The translations under genes were made by a program, and so were the position numbers. 64,000 nt of DNA. Source: an uncultured delta proteobacterium (GTDB lineage: Bacteria > Desulfobacterota > BSN033 > UBA1163). Location: contig CAVPSJ010000005.1 of the NCBI GenBank assembly GCA_963708295.1, positions 32,001 to 96,000 on the forward strand. The letters run 5' to 3'. The notes under the pieces are model-generated. The model had not been told where the DNA came from. It worked only from the letters and a program-made list of their open reading frames with translations, and ran no database searches. Positions 43,129-53,100 of this stretch are shown here, in pieces (positions within the stretch are counted from its first letter, which is position 1; the number at the start of each line of letters is the position of its first letter).

Positions 43129-43557
43129 GTGGGCTTTTTCAATTCCCTTTTGATACGAATCACCCTGGCTATCCTCGGAGGAGCTCTTTATGCCTTATTG
43201 ACTTATGCACTCACCCTATTTCTCCGCCTTTCGTCCCCCCTCGCGATCCTGGCTGCATTTCTTGTCTATCTCCTTTACTTGGGCTCAAGGCTTCTTCTCC
43301 TTTTTTCTGGAATCGACTCCCCTTACTATCAACGCGGAAGAGAAGGACCTTCCAAAACACTCCCCGAGAGGAATTCCTTCCAAGATGCAGCTCAATGGGT
43401 CGGCAAATTTTATCACCAGCATGACATCGTTCTTTTCGTTTTTCTGGGGTTTCTCTCTCTTGCGTTCCTGATCTCCATCGTCAGGGATGGGTTAGGAGGG
43501 AACCCTTTGGGAAGGACGATTCAAAATCTCTGGAACACCTTATGGCCTATTCCATGA
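43129..43557 (+). CDS. small hypothetical membrane protein
   Basis: GGAGG RBS with GTG start; three hydrophobic segments. Confidence 0.6.
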   Translation: MGFFNSLLIRITLAILGGALYALLTYALTLFLRLSSPLAILAAFLVYLLYLGSRLLLLFSGIDSPYYQRGREGPSKTLPERNSFQDAAQWVGKFYHQHDIVLFVFLGFLSLAFLISIVRDGLGGNPLGRTIQNLWNTLWPIP

Positions 43558-43715
43558 TTTTCATCTCCCCCTCCCACCCGTCTTACCCTTCGCCATTGCG
43601 GCTGTTTCGCAACACGAAAAATGGTCCTCAGAGGCCCGCATTCTAAAGCTTTGGAACCCGACTGCCTCTCCAGGCGTTTGATTGCGGCACAGTCTCCTTC
43701 GGCGAGGATGACAGG

Positions 43716-44999
43716 TTACAATCTCTGGATGAGGTAAAGAAATGCGGGGAGACGGCTTTCGGTCTTTAGTCTAAGAAACTTTCTCAACAGTTCCCTTCTG
43801 CTTTTCTTTTCCCCCATTCTTCCGTCCACGAGCGGTGACAGGTAGATCGCTCCTTTGGGACTCCCGGGACTCACTCTGTTTCCGGCCAAATCTGAAAGAG
43901 AAGGCAAATGACCCGAGGGAAGATCTTCTCCCATAACGAAGTTCGAAGTCACCTCAATCTTCGCATACCTTCTGTTGATATCCAACATCCTTGCAAAGGC
44001 CTCTCGAATTTTTTCGACGGAAATGGGCTTCCTCAATGCCTCCAGCGTTTTGGGATCATTCGATTCAAACCCGATGTTGATATGGGTAGAAAAAGGGAAG
44101 CGGCTCAGTGACTCAAAGAGTCCTTCTTCAGAGCGGATCATGGAATCCACGCTCCCGAAAAGAAAAAGCCAGGCTCCCCGGAGATGAGACCGCTCAAATT
44201 CAAATATTTCATAGGCACGTTCGGCAGCCGTTTCAACAAGCTCACGTCCTGCGGAAAGAGCGTCGTGCTGCCCCAGGAAAATGGCATTGTAATTGTGGAG
44301 GTCCCGCCCCAAGAACCGTTTCACATCTTGCATCTGTCGTATCACTTCTTTGGCAGTCCGGGGAGCGAAATCCTGACCCGTCTTCACTTTACAAAAACCG
44401 CAGTGATAGAGACATCCATCCGCGACGATGATGGGAATGACTTCATAGTCCACATGCCGGGTATCGGGTGGGAGCACCGTCACGTGTCCCCCGATCAAGC
44501 GATGCAATCGATCGGCTCTCCGCCTCAGGGTCTCCTCATCATTCTTGACAACGCGAGTTAAGAACTCTTTAAGACTCTTTGGCTTGGGTCTCGAGATCCG
44601 TTTGTCTATTTCGATCCGGAGTGCCTGCAGGGACTTCCCGGCCAAGATGACAGGATGATCCGTAAAGGGATCTCCATCCATAATGGAGTTGCTTGGATAA
44701 GAAAGATAAGGGAAATAATACTCACCGAAATAGTCGTAAATGCCCTTATAGTCACCCGCGGAATAATAGACCCAATCATTGCCGAGGGTTCGCTTCAGCC
44801 ACTCTGCCGGATGGGGCCAGGTCCGGGTCAGCCCTTGGATGAACTTAATCTCTCCGTTCAAATTGAACTGGAACAGATATTCCGGGGTTTTCACCTCTGA
44901 AAAAAGGCCATAGCGAAGGGGAAAGCTGACCTTGGAAAACTCCCTCGACCCTTCTTTGTTCAAAGTGATGATGAGATGATCCCGCTGGTAGGATTCCAT
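43716..44999 (-). CDS. radical SAM protein with an N-terminal extension
   Basis: GCLYHCGFC (CxxxCxxC); IGFES motif. Confidence 0.82.
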   Translation of the reverse strand: MESYQRDHLIITLNKEGSREFSKVSFPLRYGLFSEVKTPEYLFQFNLNGEIKFIQGLTRTWPHPAEWLKRTLGNDWVYYSAGDYKGIYDYFGEYYFPYLSYPSNSIMDGDPFTDHPVILAGKSLQALRIEIDKRISRPKPKSLKEFLTRVVKNDEETLRRRADRLHRLIGGHVTVLPPDTRHVDYEVIPIIVADGCLYHCGFCKVKTGQDFAPRTAKEVIRQMQDVKRFLGRDLHNYNAIFLGQHDALSAGRELVETAAERAYEIFEFERSHLRGAWLFLFGSVDSMIRSEEGLFESLSRFPFSTHINIGFESNDPKTLEALRKPISVEKIREAFARMLDINRRYAKIEVTSNFVMGEDLPSGHLPSLSDLAGNRVSPGSPKGAIYLSPLVDGRMGEKKSRRELLRKFLRLKTESRLPAFLYLIQRL

Positions 45000-45236
45000 A
45001 AAATAGAAAGCCGGAGCTTCCCGGTAAGTTACGATTATTCATTTTGTGCCCCTTCACCCCACCTACCCTGCTTTGGCGGGACGGGCACGTTCCGGCCACC
45101 CAACTTTGAGCTAATGTTAAGTCTGGCCTGTTTGTTTTGCAAGCCTTACTTTTGTGGTATGATAAGTTGCTGCAAAGAAACAACGGATGACTTAAAAAGA
45201 GTGGGTGATTGATCCGAGCATGAAAGGAGAAGGCAT

Positions 45237-46004
45237 ATGAAAGACAAAATTAAGGATTTCGTCTTGGGTTTGGGGGTGGATGATGTCGGCATCGCCGCAG
45301 CCAAAGATTATAAAAGCCCAAGGTCGCCGGATTTGCAAGGGATTTTTCCCGGCGCCAAATCGCTGGTTGTTCTCGCTTACCAGGAGCTTTCAAACTGCGA
45401 AAGCGAAAATATGCAGATTGCCACAGGTGGAAGATTGGATACGTTGGAGTTTGCGCGTTCCTCCAATTACAGGGTGGCACGTTTCTTGGAAAAGGAATTC
45501 AAGGCCAAAGCGATGACTGTCCCCCCCTCCTACCCTCTCCACATGAGTTATGAGACCAGGGGAACATTGGGAGACGTCTCGCTCCGCCATGCTGCGATTG
45601 CCGCAGGCTTGGGTAACTTCGGCCGGCATAATCTGGTCATTCATCCAAAAATAGGCTCCAGGGTGGTCTTCACGGCAGTGATCACAAACTTCGATCTAAC
45701 TTCAGATTCGCCTGTCACCGAGAAGCTCTGTACGGATTGCAATATCTGTGTTGAAAATTGCCCTGCCCATGCCTTGGATGAAGAAGGTAAAACAGAGGAT
45801 ATGAAGTGCCTTAAGGTCAGCCAGCCTTACGGTATCGGAAGCGCCATCCGTTTCTGGACTAAATTTGCAGAGAGCCCGACTGAAGAGCAGAAGAAAATGG
45901 CAAAAGATGTCAACTTCTGGCGCTTATACCAGGCCGGCTTCATCGGATTTCAATACTTCTGCTTCAACTGTATGAAGTCCTGTCCGGTTGGCCGGGGAAC
46001 ATAG
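45237..46004 (+). CDS. QueG/epoxyqueuosine-reductase-like 4Fe-4S protein
   Basis: RHAAIAAGLGNFGRHNL, CTDCNICVENCPAHA, CFNCMKSCP. Confidence 0.8.
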   Translation: MKDKIKDFVLGLGVDDVGIAAAKDYKSPRSPDLQGIFPGAKSLVVLAYQELSNCESENMQIATGGRLDTLEFARSSNYRVARFLEKEFKAKAMTVPPSYPLHMSYETRGTLGDVSLRHAAIAAGLGNFGRHNLVIHPKIGSRVVFTAVITNFDLTSDSPVTEKLCTDCNICVENCPAHALDEEGKTEDMKCLKVSQPYGIGSAIRFWTKFAESPTEEQKKMAKDVNFWRLYQAGFIGFQYFCFNCMKSCPVGRGT

Positions 46005-46286
46005 GATACATCTCATTTATTTGAGATCCAATCAGGTTTCGGAGATATTCTCCTTCCGAGGAATCCTCGTTACTTAAACGTATTCTCGTCCCTTTGTTGC
46101 CGCAAACAAATACCGAATAGACGCCCTAAGTAAAACTTCAAGAAGATGGGGCGCTCCCATTTTTTCCCCTTTCGCATCCACAATTTTAGAATTTTCTGGA
46201 ACCAAATTCTCTCGCCGTTGTCATTAAAAATAAAGCCAGCCCCAATCTAGGGGGCGCCACAAAAATTCAAAAAGGAGGGTTTTCCA

Positions 46287-47702
46287 ATGAAAAGGCTAGT
46301 CGTTTTAATCACTTTTGTCTCATTTTTCGGGTTTCTTCGAGGAGGTAACGCTGCACCTCTGACCAGCACACTGAGGGATCAACAGAACGTGGCGATCACC
46401 GTCTACAATTCGAATATTGGCTTGGTCAAGGATACTCGGCTTCTTGAATTTAAACCTGGGGTTCACGAATTGAAGTTTATGGATGTGGCAGCCAAGATCG
46501 ATCCCACAACGGTCCACATCAAATCCCTCATCAACGGGTCGAGTCTCAAGGTCCTGGAGCAGAACTACGAATACGACCTTCTCAGCCCCCAGAAACTCCT
46601 TGAAAAGTTTGTGGGGCAGAAGGTTCAACTTGCCTCGATCAACCCTGAGACGAAAAAAGAGGAGATCATCGAAGCGACCCTCCTCTCTACTCAGGGTGGA
46701 AATATATTCCAGATTGGGGATAAGATTCATATTGGCCATTACGGACGCGTCCTCCTCTCAAGAATTCCTGAAAACCTCATTCCTCAACCGACATTGGTCT
46801 GGACGTTAGACAATAAACTCTCAAAACCTCAGAAGCTGGAAGCCTCTTATCTCACCTCCGGAATAAACTGGAAGGCGGATTATGTCGCGGTTTTAAACAA
46901 ATTGGACACGATGACTGATTTGACGGGCTGGGTGACGATTGACAATCGGAGTGGTGCCACTTATCAAAACGCTCTGCTTAAGTTGGTTGCTGGCGATATC
47001 AACCGGGTTCAAGGTGAAATGAGAATGGATTATGCCAGGCCAATGGCTGCGGCGAAAGAGGTCAGCCAGCAATTCAAAGAAGAGTCTTTCTTCGAATATC
47101 ACCTTTACACCTTAGACCGGAGAACCACGGTTAAAGACAATCAGACAAAGCAGATGACCCTTCTTGACGCCAATCAGGTCCCCATCAAGAAACTTTTCAT
47201 CTTCACGGGATCGCCTCAATACTACTACACTCAAATGAACCAGGGGACAAATAAGCAAAAAATTGGGGTTTTCCTCGAACTGGAAAACACGAAAAAGAAT
47301 AACCTTGGAATGCCTTTACCCAAAGGCACCGTCAGGGTTTACAAAGAGGACAAGGACGGGAGCCTCCAGTTTGTCGGGGAAGACCGAATCGACCATACCC
47401 CCAAGGATGAAAAATTTAAGATGAAGATCGGAGAGGCTTTCGATGTGGTGGGAGAGCGAATTCAGACGGATTACAAACGTCTGGGCTCCAATCTCTTCGA
47501 GGTAGCCTTTGAGGTGAGCTTAAGGAATCACAAGAAAGAAGACATTAAAGTCTTGGTGGAAGAACCGATTCCCGGCGATTGGGAGATGCTTTCGAACAGC
47601 CATCCTTTTGAAAAGCTTCAGGCCCATTTGATCCGTTTCGATGTCCCCGTGGGCAAAGATAAAGAGGTGAAAGTCAAATACAGAATTCGGTTCCGATATT
47701 AG
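46287..47702 (+). CDS. DUF4139 domain secreted protein
   Basis: VAITVYNSNIGLVKD, EQNYEYDL, SYLTSGINWKADY, FEYHLYTL, GMPLPKGTVRVY. Confidence 0.85.
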   Translation: MKRLVVLITFVSFFGFLRGGNAAPLTSTLRDQQNVAITVYNSNIGLVKDTRLLEFKPGVHELKFMDVAAKIDPTTVHIKSLINGSSLKVLEQNYEYDLLSPQKLLEKFVGQKVQLASINPETKKEEIIEATLLSTQGGNIFQIGDKIHIGHYGRVLLSRIPENLIPQPTLVWTLDNKLSKPQKLEASYLTSGINWKADYVAVLNKLDTMTDLTGWVTIDNRSGATYQNALLKLVAGDINRVQGEMRMDYARPMAAAKEVSQQFKEESFFEYHLYTLDRRTTVKDNQTKQMTLLDANQVPIKKLFIFTGSPQYYYTQMNQGTNKQKIGVFLELENTKKNNLGMPLPKGTVRVYKEDKDGSLQFVGEDRIDHTPKDEKFKMKIGEAFDVVGERIQTDYKRLGSNLFEVAFEVSLRNHKKEDIKVLVEEPIPGDWEMLSNSHPFEKLQAHLIRFDVPVGKDKEVKVKYRIRFRY

Positions 47703-47829
47703 TTTCACCCCACCCACACCCCTCCCCCGTTCAGGAGGAGGGGAAAGAGGGTGTTTCACGCGTTGGATAAGAGCAAGAAGAAGATGTTGACAATGGGCCA
47801 CGGTTCATTTATTTGATATCAAGATCGGA

Positions 47830-48798
47830 GTGGACGGGATGATCGGAAAAAAGAAGTTTTTTTTAGGGAGATTCTTAGAAATCCATCTGGGGTATCTTCT
47901 ATTCAGATTCTCTACCTTTTGGGTCAAATGCCTGCCTGTAGAATTTTTGGCATCGTGTGGGGGAAAACTTGGCCTGCTGGCTTTCCACCTCTTCAGAGGG
48001 TGGAGAAGAGTGGCTTTTGCTAATCTGAACCTGGCGCTGGGAAGGGAGAAGGGTAAAGACGAAATTTATTGGATCTGCCGGGAGCTTTTTAGGAATATCG
48101 GTAAGGATATGCTCGAGGTTTACCGCTGCCCGGATTTCAAGGATGGCTATTTTAAGACGCTTGTACGGTTCGAAGGGACTCAGCATTTAAACGATGCGCT
48201 CAATCAAGGGAAAGGCGTGATTGCTCTCAGTGCCCATCTTGGAAACTTCCCTTTGATGGGCGCCCGATTAGCCCATGAGGGTTATCCCTTATCCCTCGTC
48301 GCTCGAGATCCAGAGAATCCGAAGATAGCAAGAGCGATCACTGCTTTAAGGGACGCGGTCGGCATGGAATCCATTCCCGATGAGCCCCGGATGGCCTGCG
48401 TGTCAAGATGTTTCAAAGCCTTAAAAGGAAACCGGGTCCTTTTGCTTCAGATTGACCAGAACGCACCCGTCACAGAGGCCTGGGTCGACTTTTTTGGCTG
48501 CCTCGTTCCTACGTTTAAAGGACCTGTGCTCTTTTCCATGCGTACCGGGGCGCCGATCCTCCCTATATTTATGAAGCGAAACTCGGACAACCTCCATCAG
48601 ATCACCATCCACCCTTCTTTCACTCTAAACATCACTGGAAATGCGGAACAGGATGTCTCCTCCAATACGGCCCGGCTCACCAAAATCATCGAAGGAGCCA
48701 TCCGGCAATATCCCGAACAATGGTTGTGGATCTACCGCAGGTTTAAAAGGGCGAGGGATATTAAAACGGGTGAAAGGTTATTTCACAAACACCCCTGA
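47830..48798 (+). CDS. lipid A biosynthesis lauroyl acyltransferase (LpxL/HtrB family)
   Basis: AHLGNF, DQN...VDFFG, IRQYPEQWLWIYRRFK. Confidence 0.88.
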   Translation: MDGMIGKKKFFLGRFLEIHLGYLLFRFSTFWVKCLPVEFLASCGGKLGLLAFHLFRGWRRVAFANLNLALGREKGKDEIYWICRELFRNIGKDMLEVYRCPDFKDGYFKTLVRFEGTQHLNDALNQGKGVIALSAHLGNFPLMGARLAHEGYPLSLVARDPENPKIARAITALRDAVGMESIPDEPRMACVSRCFKALKGNRVLLLQIDQNAPVTEAWVDFFGCLVPTFKGPVLFSMRTGAPILPIFMKRNSDNLHQITIHPSFTLNITGNAEQDVSSNTARLTKIIEGAIRQYPEQWLWIYRRFKRARDIKTGERLFHKHP

Positions 48799-48838
48799 AA
48801 GGCGACGGAACACAGCGACAGAAGGGAGGATGAAAATC

Positions 48839-49672
48839 CTAGAACCCGCTCATCTCCATCCGGATCATGCTATCTGCAATTTCATCCTTGAAGATATCAA
48901 GAACCCGATTTCTTATGGCAAAAAATTCTTCGCTTTCCGTTATCTCCAATTTCCGTGGTCTCGGAAGATCAACCTCGATCACATCCATCACATGAGCGGG
49001 TCTCTTGCTCAGCACCACCACCCGATCTGCGAGGTAAACCGCCTCGTTGATATCGTGAGAGATGAAGAGAATCGTGGTTTTCGTCTTTCCCCAAATGTCA
49101 AGCAATTTGTCATGCATATAGAGGGTGGTTTGAAAATCAAGGGAGCTGAAGGGTTCATCCATGAGCAAAACATCGGGTTCATAAAGAAGGGCCCGGAGAA
49201 TGCAGAGAAGTTGTTGCTGCCCTCCGCTCAGTTGATAAGGATACGCGTCGTCCTGAACCTTGAAGTCAAGGTTGAAGAGAAATTGCTCGATTCGCTTCTT
49301 TCTCTCTCGCCTCGGAACTTTGTTCAACTCCAAAGGAACGAGCAGGTTGTCAAAACATGTTCTCCAGGGATAGAGCGATTCACGATAGTTCTGAAAGATA
49401 TATCCGATCTTGGCCTCAACGGAGGGTTTTCCCCCTATCGATATCTTCCCATATTCCTGGTCTTCCAAGCCGGCGATGATCCGAAAGATGGTGGTCTTCC
49501 CGCATCCGTTGGGACCCACCAACGTGATAAACTCTCCGGTCTTGCAGGAAAAATTGACGTTGTCGAGAACGCGAAGGTTTCCCTGGAACCCCTTTTCTTT
49601 GACCGAGGTGCTCGAAAAGGTCTTTGTCAGACCTTCCACTCTCAAATAATCTTTAGCTCCTAGTCGTGCCAT
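48839..49672 (-). CDS. NitT/TauT-family ABC transporter ATP-binding protein
   Basis: GPNGCGKTT, YPYQLSGGQQQ, LMDEPFSSLD, HDINEAVYLADR. Confidence 0.92.
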   Translation of the reverse strand: MARLGAKDYLRVEGLTKTFSSTSVKEKGFQGNLRVLDNVNFSCKTGEFITLVGPNGCGKTTIFRIIAGLEDQEYGKISIGGKPSVEAKIGYIFQNYRESLYPWRTCFDNLLVPLELNKVPRRERKKRIEQFLFNLDFKVQDDAYPYQLSGGQQQLLCILRALLYEPDVLLMDEPFSSLDFQTTLYMHDKLLDIWGKTKTTILFISHDINEAVYLADRVVVLSKRPAHVMDVIEVDLPRPRKLEITESEEFFAIRNRVLDIFKDEIADSMIRMEMSGF

Positions 49673-49673
49673 G

Positions 49674-50633
49674 TTATTCCTGATAGAAAAGTTTGCTTGT
49701 ATCCACGTGCTTCTGAAACAGCCCTTCCTTCTTGAGAAGCTCAAAGTAAGGTTGGCCCCACGATTTGTCATATTCTTCAACCTTAACCCAATTTTCCCAG
49801 GGAATTTTCATGGCAAAGGGTTCCGGCAGATTTGCATATTTCACGAGAAACTTCCTTGACTCATTTTCGTTCGAGTAAATAAAATCCACCGCCTTATAAT
49901 AGGCTGCCTTTACCTTCTTCGCCACGAGCGGTTTTTCTTTCATGAATTTTGAATTGAAGGAGAAAGGGGCTCCCGGGATGCCGGTTTTAAGGTTGAGCAA
50001 AAGAAGCGGGCTCTTGACGAGACGCCGGCCTACCCCTCTGGCCTCACCAATCATCCCGAAGGGTTCCGGCGCAAAATAAGCATCGACCTGACCGGCTGCC
50101 AATGCCTGAACAATATTTCCGGGTGGAACTTCAATGAGGGTGATCTCTTTATCAGGATTAAAGGAATTTCTCAAGACTGCTTTTGCCAGGGCAAGGGAAG
50201 CCACCCCAGGAAAGGTGCCCATCCGCTTCCCTTTGAGATCCCCTATTCCGTCGAGAGGAGAATCCTTTGCGACCATCAGGGCCATGGTGTTATCCTGAAG
50301 AACTGCGCGGTTTCCGTACATGATAAAGATTTTAAAGGTGCCGGGCATATTCTGCTCAAGCAACCAATGTCCGATGATAGCGCTTCCCGTCTGGACATCA
50401 ATTCGACCGCTGACCAAGGCATCGGTGATGATCGTCCCCGACTCAAAAAGCGTGGCCGTGGCTTTCAAACCTTGCTCCTGGAAATAACCTTTCTCCAAGG
50501 CGACGAAGGTGGGAAGGGCCACCACGAGACCCAAGTATCCTATCCTGACCTCATCCTCCGCCATGGAAGGGTTCGGGCAAAGAATCGTGACCGAAAACAA
50601 AAACACCAGAACCGTTAGCCATTGCTTTTTCAT
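49674..50633 (-). CDS. NitT/TauT-family (SsuA/THI5-like) ABC substrate-binding protein
   Basis: Signal peptide; VRIGY, FVALEKGYF, DLKGKR, ALAAGQVDA..EPF. Confidence 0.88.
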   Translation of the reverse strand: MKKQWLTVLVFLFSVTILCPNPSMAEDEVRIGYLGLVVALPTFVALEKGYFQEQGLKATATLFESGTIITDALVSGRIDVQTGSAIIGHWLLEQNMPGTFKIFIMYGNRAVLQDNTMALMVAKDSPLDGIGDLKGKRMGTFPGVASLALAKAVLRNSFNPDKEITLIEVPPGNIVQALAAGQVDAYFAPEPFGMIGEARGVGRRLVKSPLLLLNLKTGIPGAPFSFNSKFMKEKPLVAKKVKAAYYKAVDFIYSNENESRKFLVKYANLPEPFAMKIPWENWVKVEEYDKSWGQPYFELLKKEGLFQKHVDTSKLFYQE

Positions 50634-50710
50634 GGTTCCCTCCTGTCTCTACGGTTCAAATCCGCGTTGCATCACTCTTAACTCAACACTTTCAACTCAT
50701 AACTTTAATC

Positions 50711-52999
50711 CTATCTCCCTCCCCAATGGATCACTTTTTCTTCCAATTTAATGAATCCCTTGTTCAATCCATACCCGATGAGACCCGTGATCACGATGGT
50801 AGCATACATCTGCGGAATCTGATAGGTCATGTGGGCATTGTAGATGAGGTGACCCAACCCTTTATCCGTTCCGATGAACATCTCTAAAATGACGATGATG
50901 ATCAGCGTGAGAGAGAGAGCTGTTCGAAGTCCTGCGGTGATAAAGGGAAGCGCATCGGGAAGAATGACTCGGGTAAAAATGTAGAGGTTGCTTGCCTTCA
51001 TCGTCTCAGCCACCATCTGCCTTGTCTTCGAGGAATTCCGGACACCATAAAGCGTGTTAATCGTGATGACCAAACTGCAAGAGAAGATGACAATGGCGAT
51101 TTTGGCAGCATCTCCGATGCCAAAAGCCAGCATGAAGAGAGGAAAAAGCGAGGTCGCCGGGAATCCTCTGAAAAATTCGATCAAAAATTCTAAGGACTTG
51201 TAAGCCTTCTCCCAATATCCAACCATGATCCCGAGAGGAATCCCCAGAAGGATGGCCAGCAGGTATCCGCTGAACATTCTGTAAAGGGTGCTTCCAAGAT
51301 GGGGGTAAACCCCTTGAGAGAAAAGCAATTGTTTCAATTCGAGAAAGACATTCCATGGTGAAGGCAGAAAGAAAGGATTGACCCACTGAAAGGCGGAGAC
51401 CAGGTACCAGACGAGAAGCAAGGCCAACGGGCCGATGAAGGCCTCTCTGTCAGAGATGAAATTCCGCCACTTCTCGTAAGTCGTCTCCGTCTCCCGCAAC
51501 TGCCTTTTGACAATCTTTCCCGTTCTCGACTTGGGGAGGGAGTCTTTGAACTCCAGCTGCCGGGGCATCTTAAAGCTGGCCAATCTTTCCTTACAGAAGC
51601 TCAAGATCTCCCGATGCGTGGCTGTTTCACCATGCTTCAGGACAACATTCGCCCTCAAGATTTGGCCTCTTCTTGAATCCGGAATCCCCACCACGGCCGC
51701 CTCTTGGACCTTAGGATGGTTGACCAGTACGGTTTCAACTTCCGAAGGATAGACATTGAGTCCTCCGCTAATAATCATATCGTCCGCCCGGCCCAGGACA
51801 TAAAGATAGCCGTCCTCATCCAGCCTGGCCAGGTCCCCCGTATAGTACCATCCGTCTTTGATCTTTTTCGCCGTCGCCTTGGGGTCCTTAAAATACCCCT
51901 TCATGATTTGAGGTCCGCGGGCGATGATCTCGCCGATCTGCCCTGCCGGCACCTCCGTGCCCTCCCGGCCGATGATCTTCAAATCCACTCTCGGAACAGC
52001 CTTCCCGGCGCTGGCCATCTTCCGCGGCCCGTCTTCAATGAGCGTCAGGGTGAGCAAGGGAGAGGTCTCCGTGGCTCCGTATCCTTGAATGGGCTGTACG
52101 TGAGGATACCGTTCCCCAAACTCTTTCATCAATTGCTCAGGGACGACCGTGCCCATCATGGCCGCTACCTTCAGGCTCGAACAGTCGTACCGTTCCCAAT
52201 GGGGGACATTCAAGATCAATTGGTAAATCGGGGGAACAGCGGCTGTAATCGTAATCCGATGGTTCTGGAAGGCATCGAGGATCTTCTTGGGCGTCATTTC
52301 ATCGACGATCGACACGGACATCCCCGACTCCACCATCAAATTCATGACCACCGACCCCGTAATATGCGAAATCGGAAGGACGAAACCGAAGGTGTCCTTC
52401 TCGGAACAATGAATGGCATGATGCAGGGATTCGGGAAAGTAGCTCAGATGGTCGTTGGTGAGGACGACCCCCTTTGATCTCCCCGTCGTCCCGGAGGTGT
52501 AGAGATAGATCGATTCATCCTCTTCACTCAGCGGGACTTGAACCCTCTCGGAAGACTCCTTCTCGATGATCTCATCGTAGGAGTGCCAATCTCGAATATC
52601 TTCATCCCCCGCGTTGGTCACGATGACATGCTTCAAGAAGGGGACGGAACCCTTCACTCGATCGATAAACACTTTTTGTCTAACGTTCGTAATAATGGCA
52701 GAAGCTTCAGCCTCCTGAAGAATTGGCTCCATTTCGGCCGGGCTGAGACGAAAATCGAGAACCACTGCAATGGCGCCGATTTTCAAAGTGGCGAAATAAG
52801 ATATGGTGAATTGAGGGCAGTTCTGGAACAGAAGAACGATGCGGTCTCCTTTTTTGATTCCCATCCCAAGGAGCCGATTGGCTACACGGTTGGACAGGGT
52901 ATCGAGGTCGGAGAAGGTGATCCTCTCTTCTTTGAACAGGATGGCGATTTTGTCGGGCCTTTGAATCGCCTGTTTTTCAAGATGGTCTCGGACGATCAT
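50711..52999 (-). CDS. long-chain acyl-CoA ligase (AMP-binding) fused to a NitT/TauT-family ABC permease
   Basis: YTSGTTGRSKG, GYGATE, YYTGD, SRTGKI followed in frame by FFLPSP...HLGSTLYR...ILPDALPFITAGLR..., GLG permease motifs. Confidence 0.88.
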   Translation of the reverse strand: MIVRDHLEKQAIQRPDKIAILFKEERITFSDLDTLSNRVANRLLGMGIKKGDRIVLLFQNCPQFTISYFATLKIGAIAVVLDFRLSPAEMEPILQEAEASAIITNVRQKVFIDRVKGSVPFLKHVIVTNAGDEDIRDWHSYDEIIEKESSERVQVPLSEEDESIYLYTSGTTGRSKGVVLTNDHLSYFPESLHHAIHCSEKDTFGFVLPISHITGSVVMNLMVESGMSVSIVDEMTPKKILDAFQNHRITITAAVPPIYQLILNVPHWERYDCSSLKVAAMMGTVVPEQLMKEFGERYPHVQPIQGYGATETSPLLTLTLIEDGPRKMASAGKAVPRVDLKIIGREGTEVPAGQIGEIIARGPQIMKGYFKDPKATAKKIKDGWYYTGDLARLDEDGYLYVLGRADDMIISGGLNVYPSEVETVLVNHPKVQEAAVVGIPDSRRGQILRANVVLKHGETATHREILSFCKERLASFKMPRQLEFKDSLPKSRTGKIVKRQLRETETTYEKWRNFISDREAFIGPLALLLVWYLVSAFQWVNPFFLPSPWNVFLELKQLLFSQGVYPHLGSTLYRMFSGYLLAILLGIPLGIMVGYWEKAYKSLEFLIEFFRGFPATSLFPLFMLAFGIGDAAKIAIVIFSCSLVITINTLYGVRNSSKTRQMVAETMKASNLYIFTRVILPDALPFITAGLRTALSLTLIIIVILEMFIGTDKGLGHLIYNAHMTYQIPQMYATIVITGLIGYGLNKGFIKLEEKVIHWGGR

Positions 53000-53100
53000 A
53001 GTCAATCACTGTTTTTTCAAATATTTTGATTCAAACTATATTATTGTAACAGAATTAATCCTTGTTGAAGACAAAAAAATACGAATAGGCGAAAAGTTAA

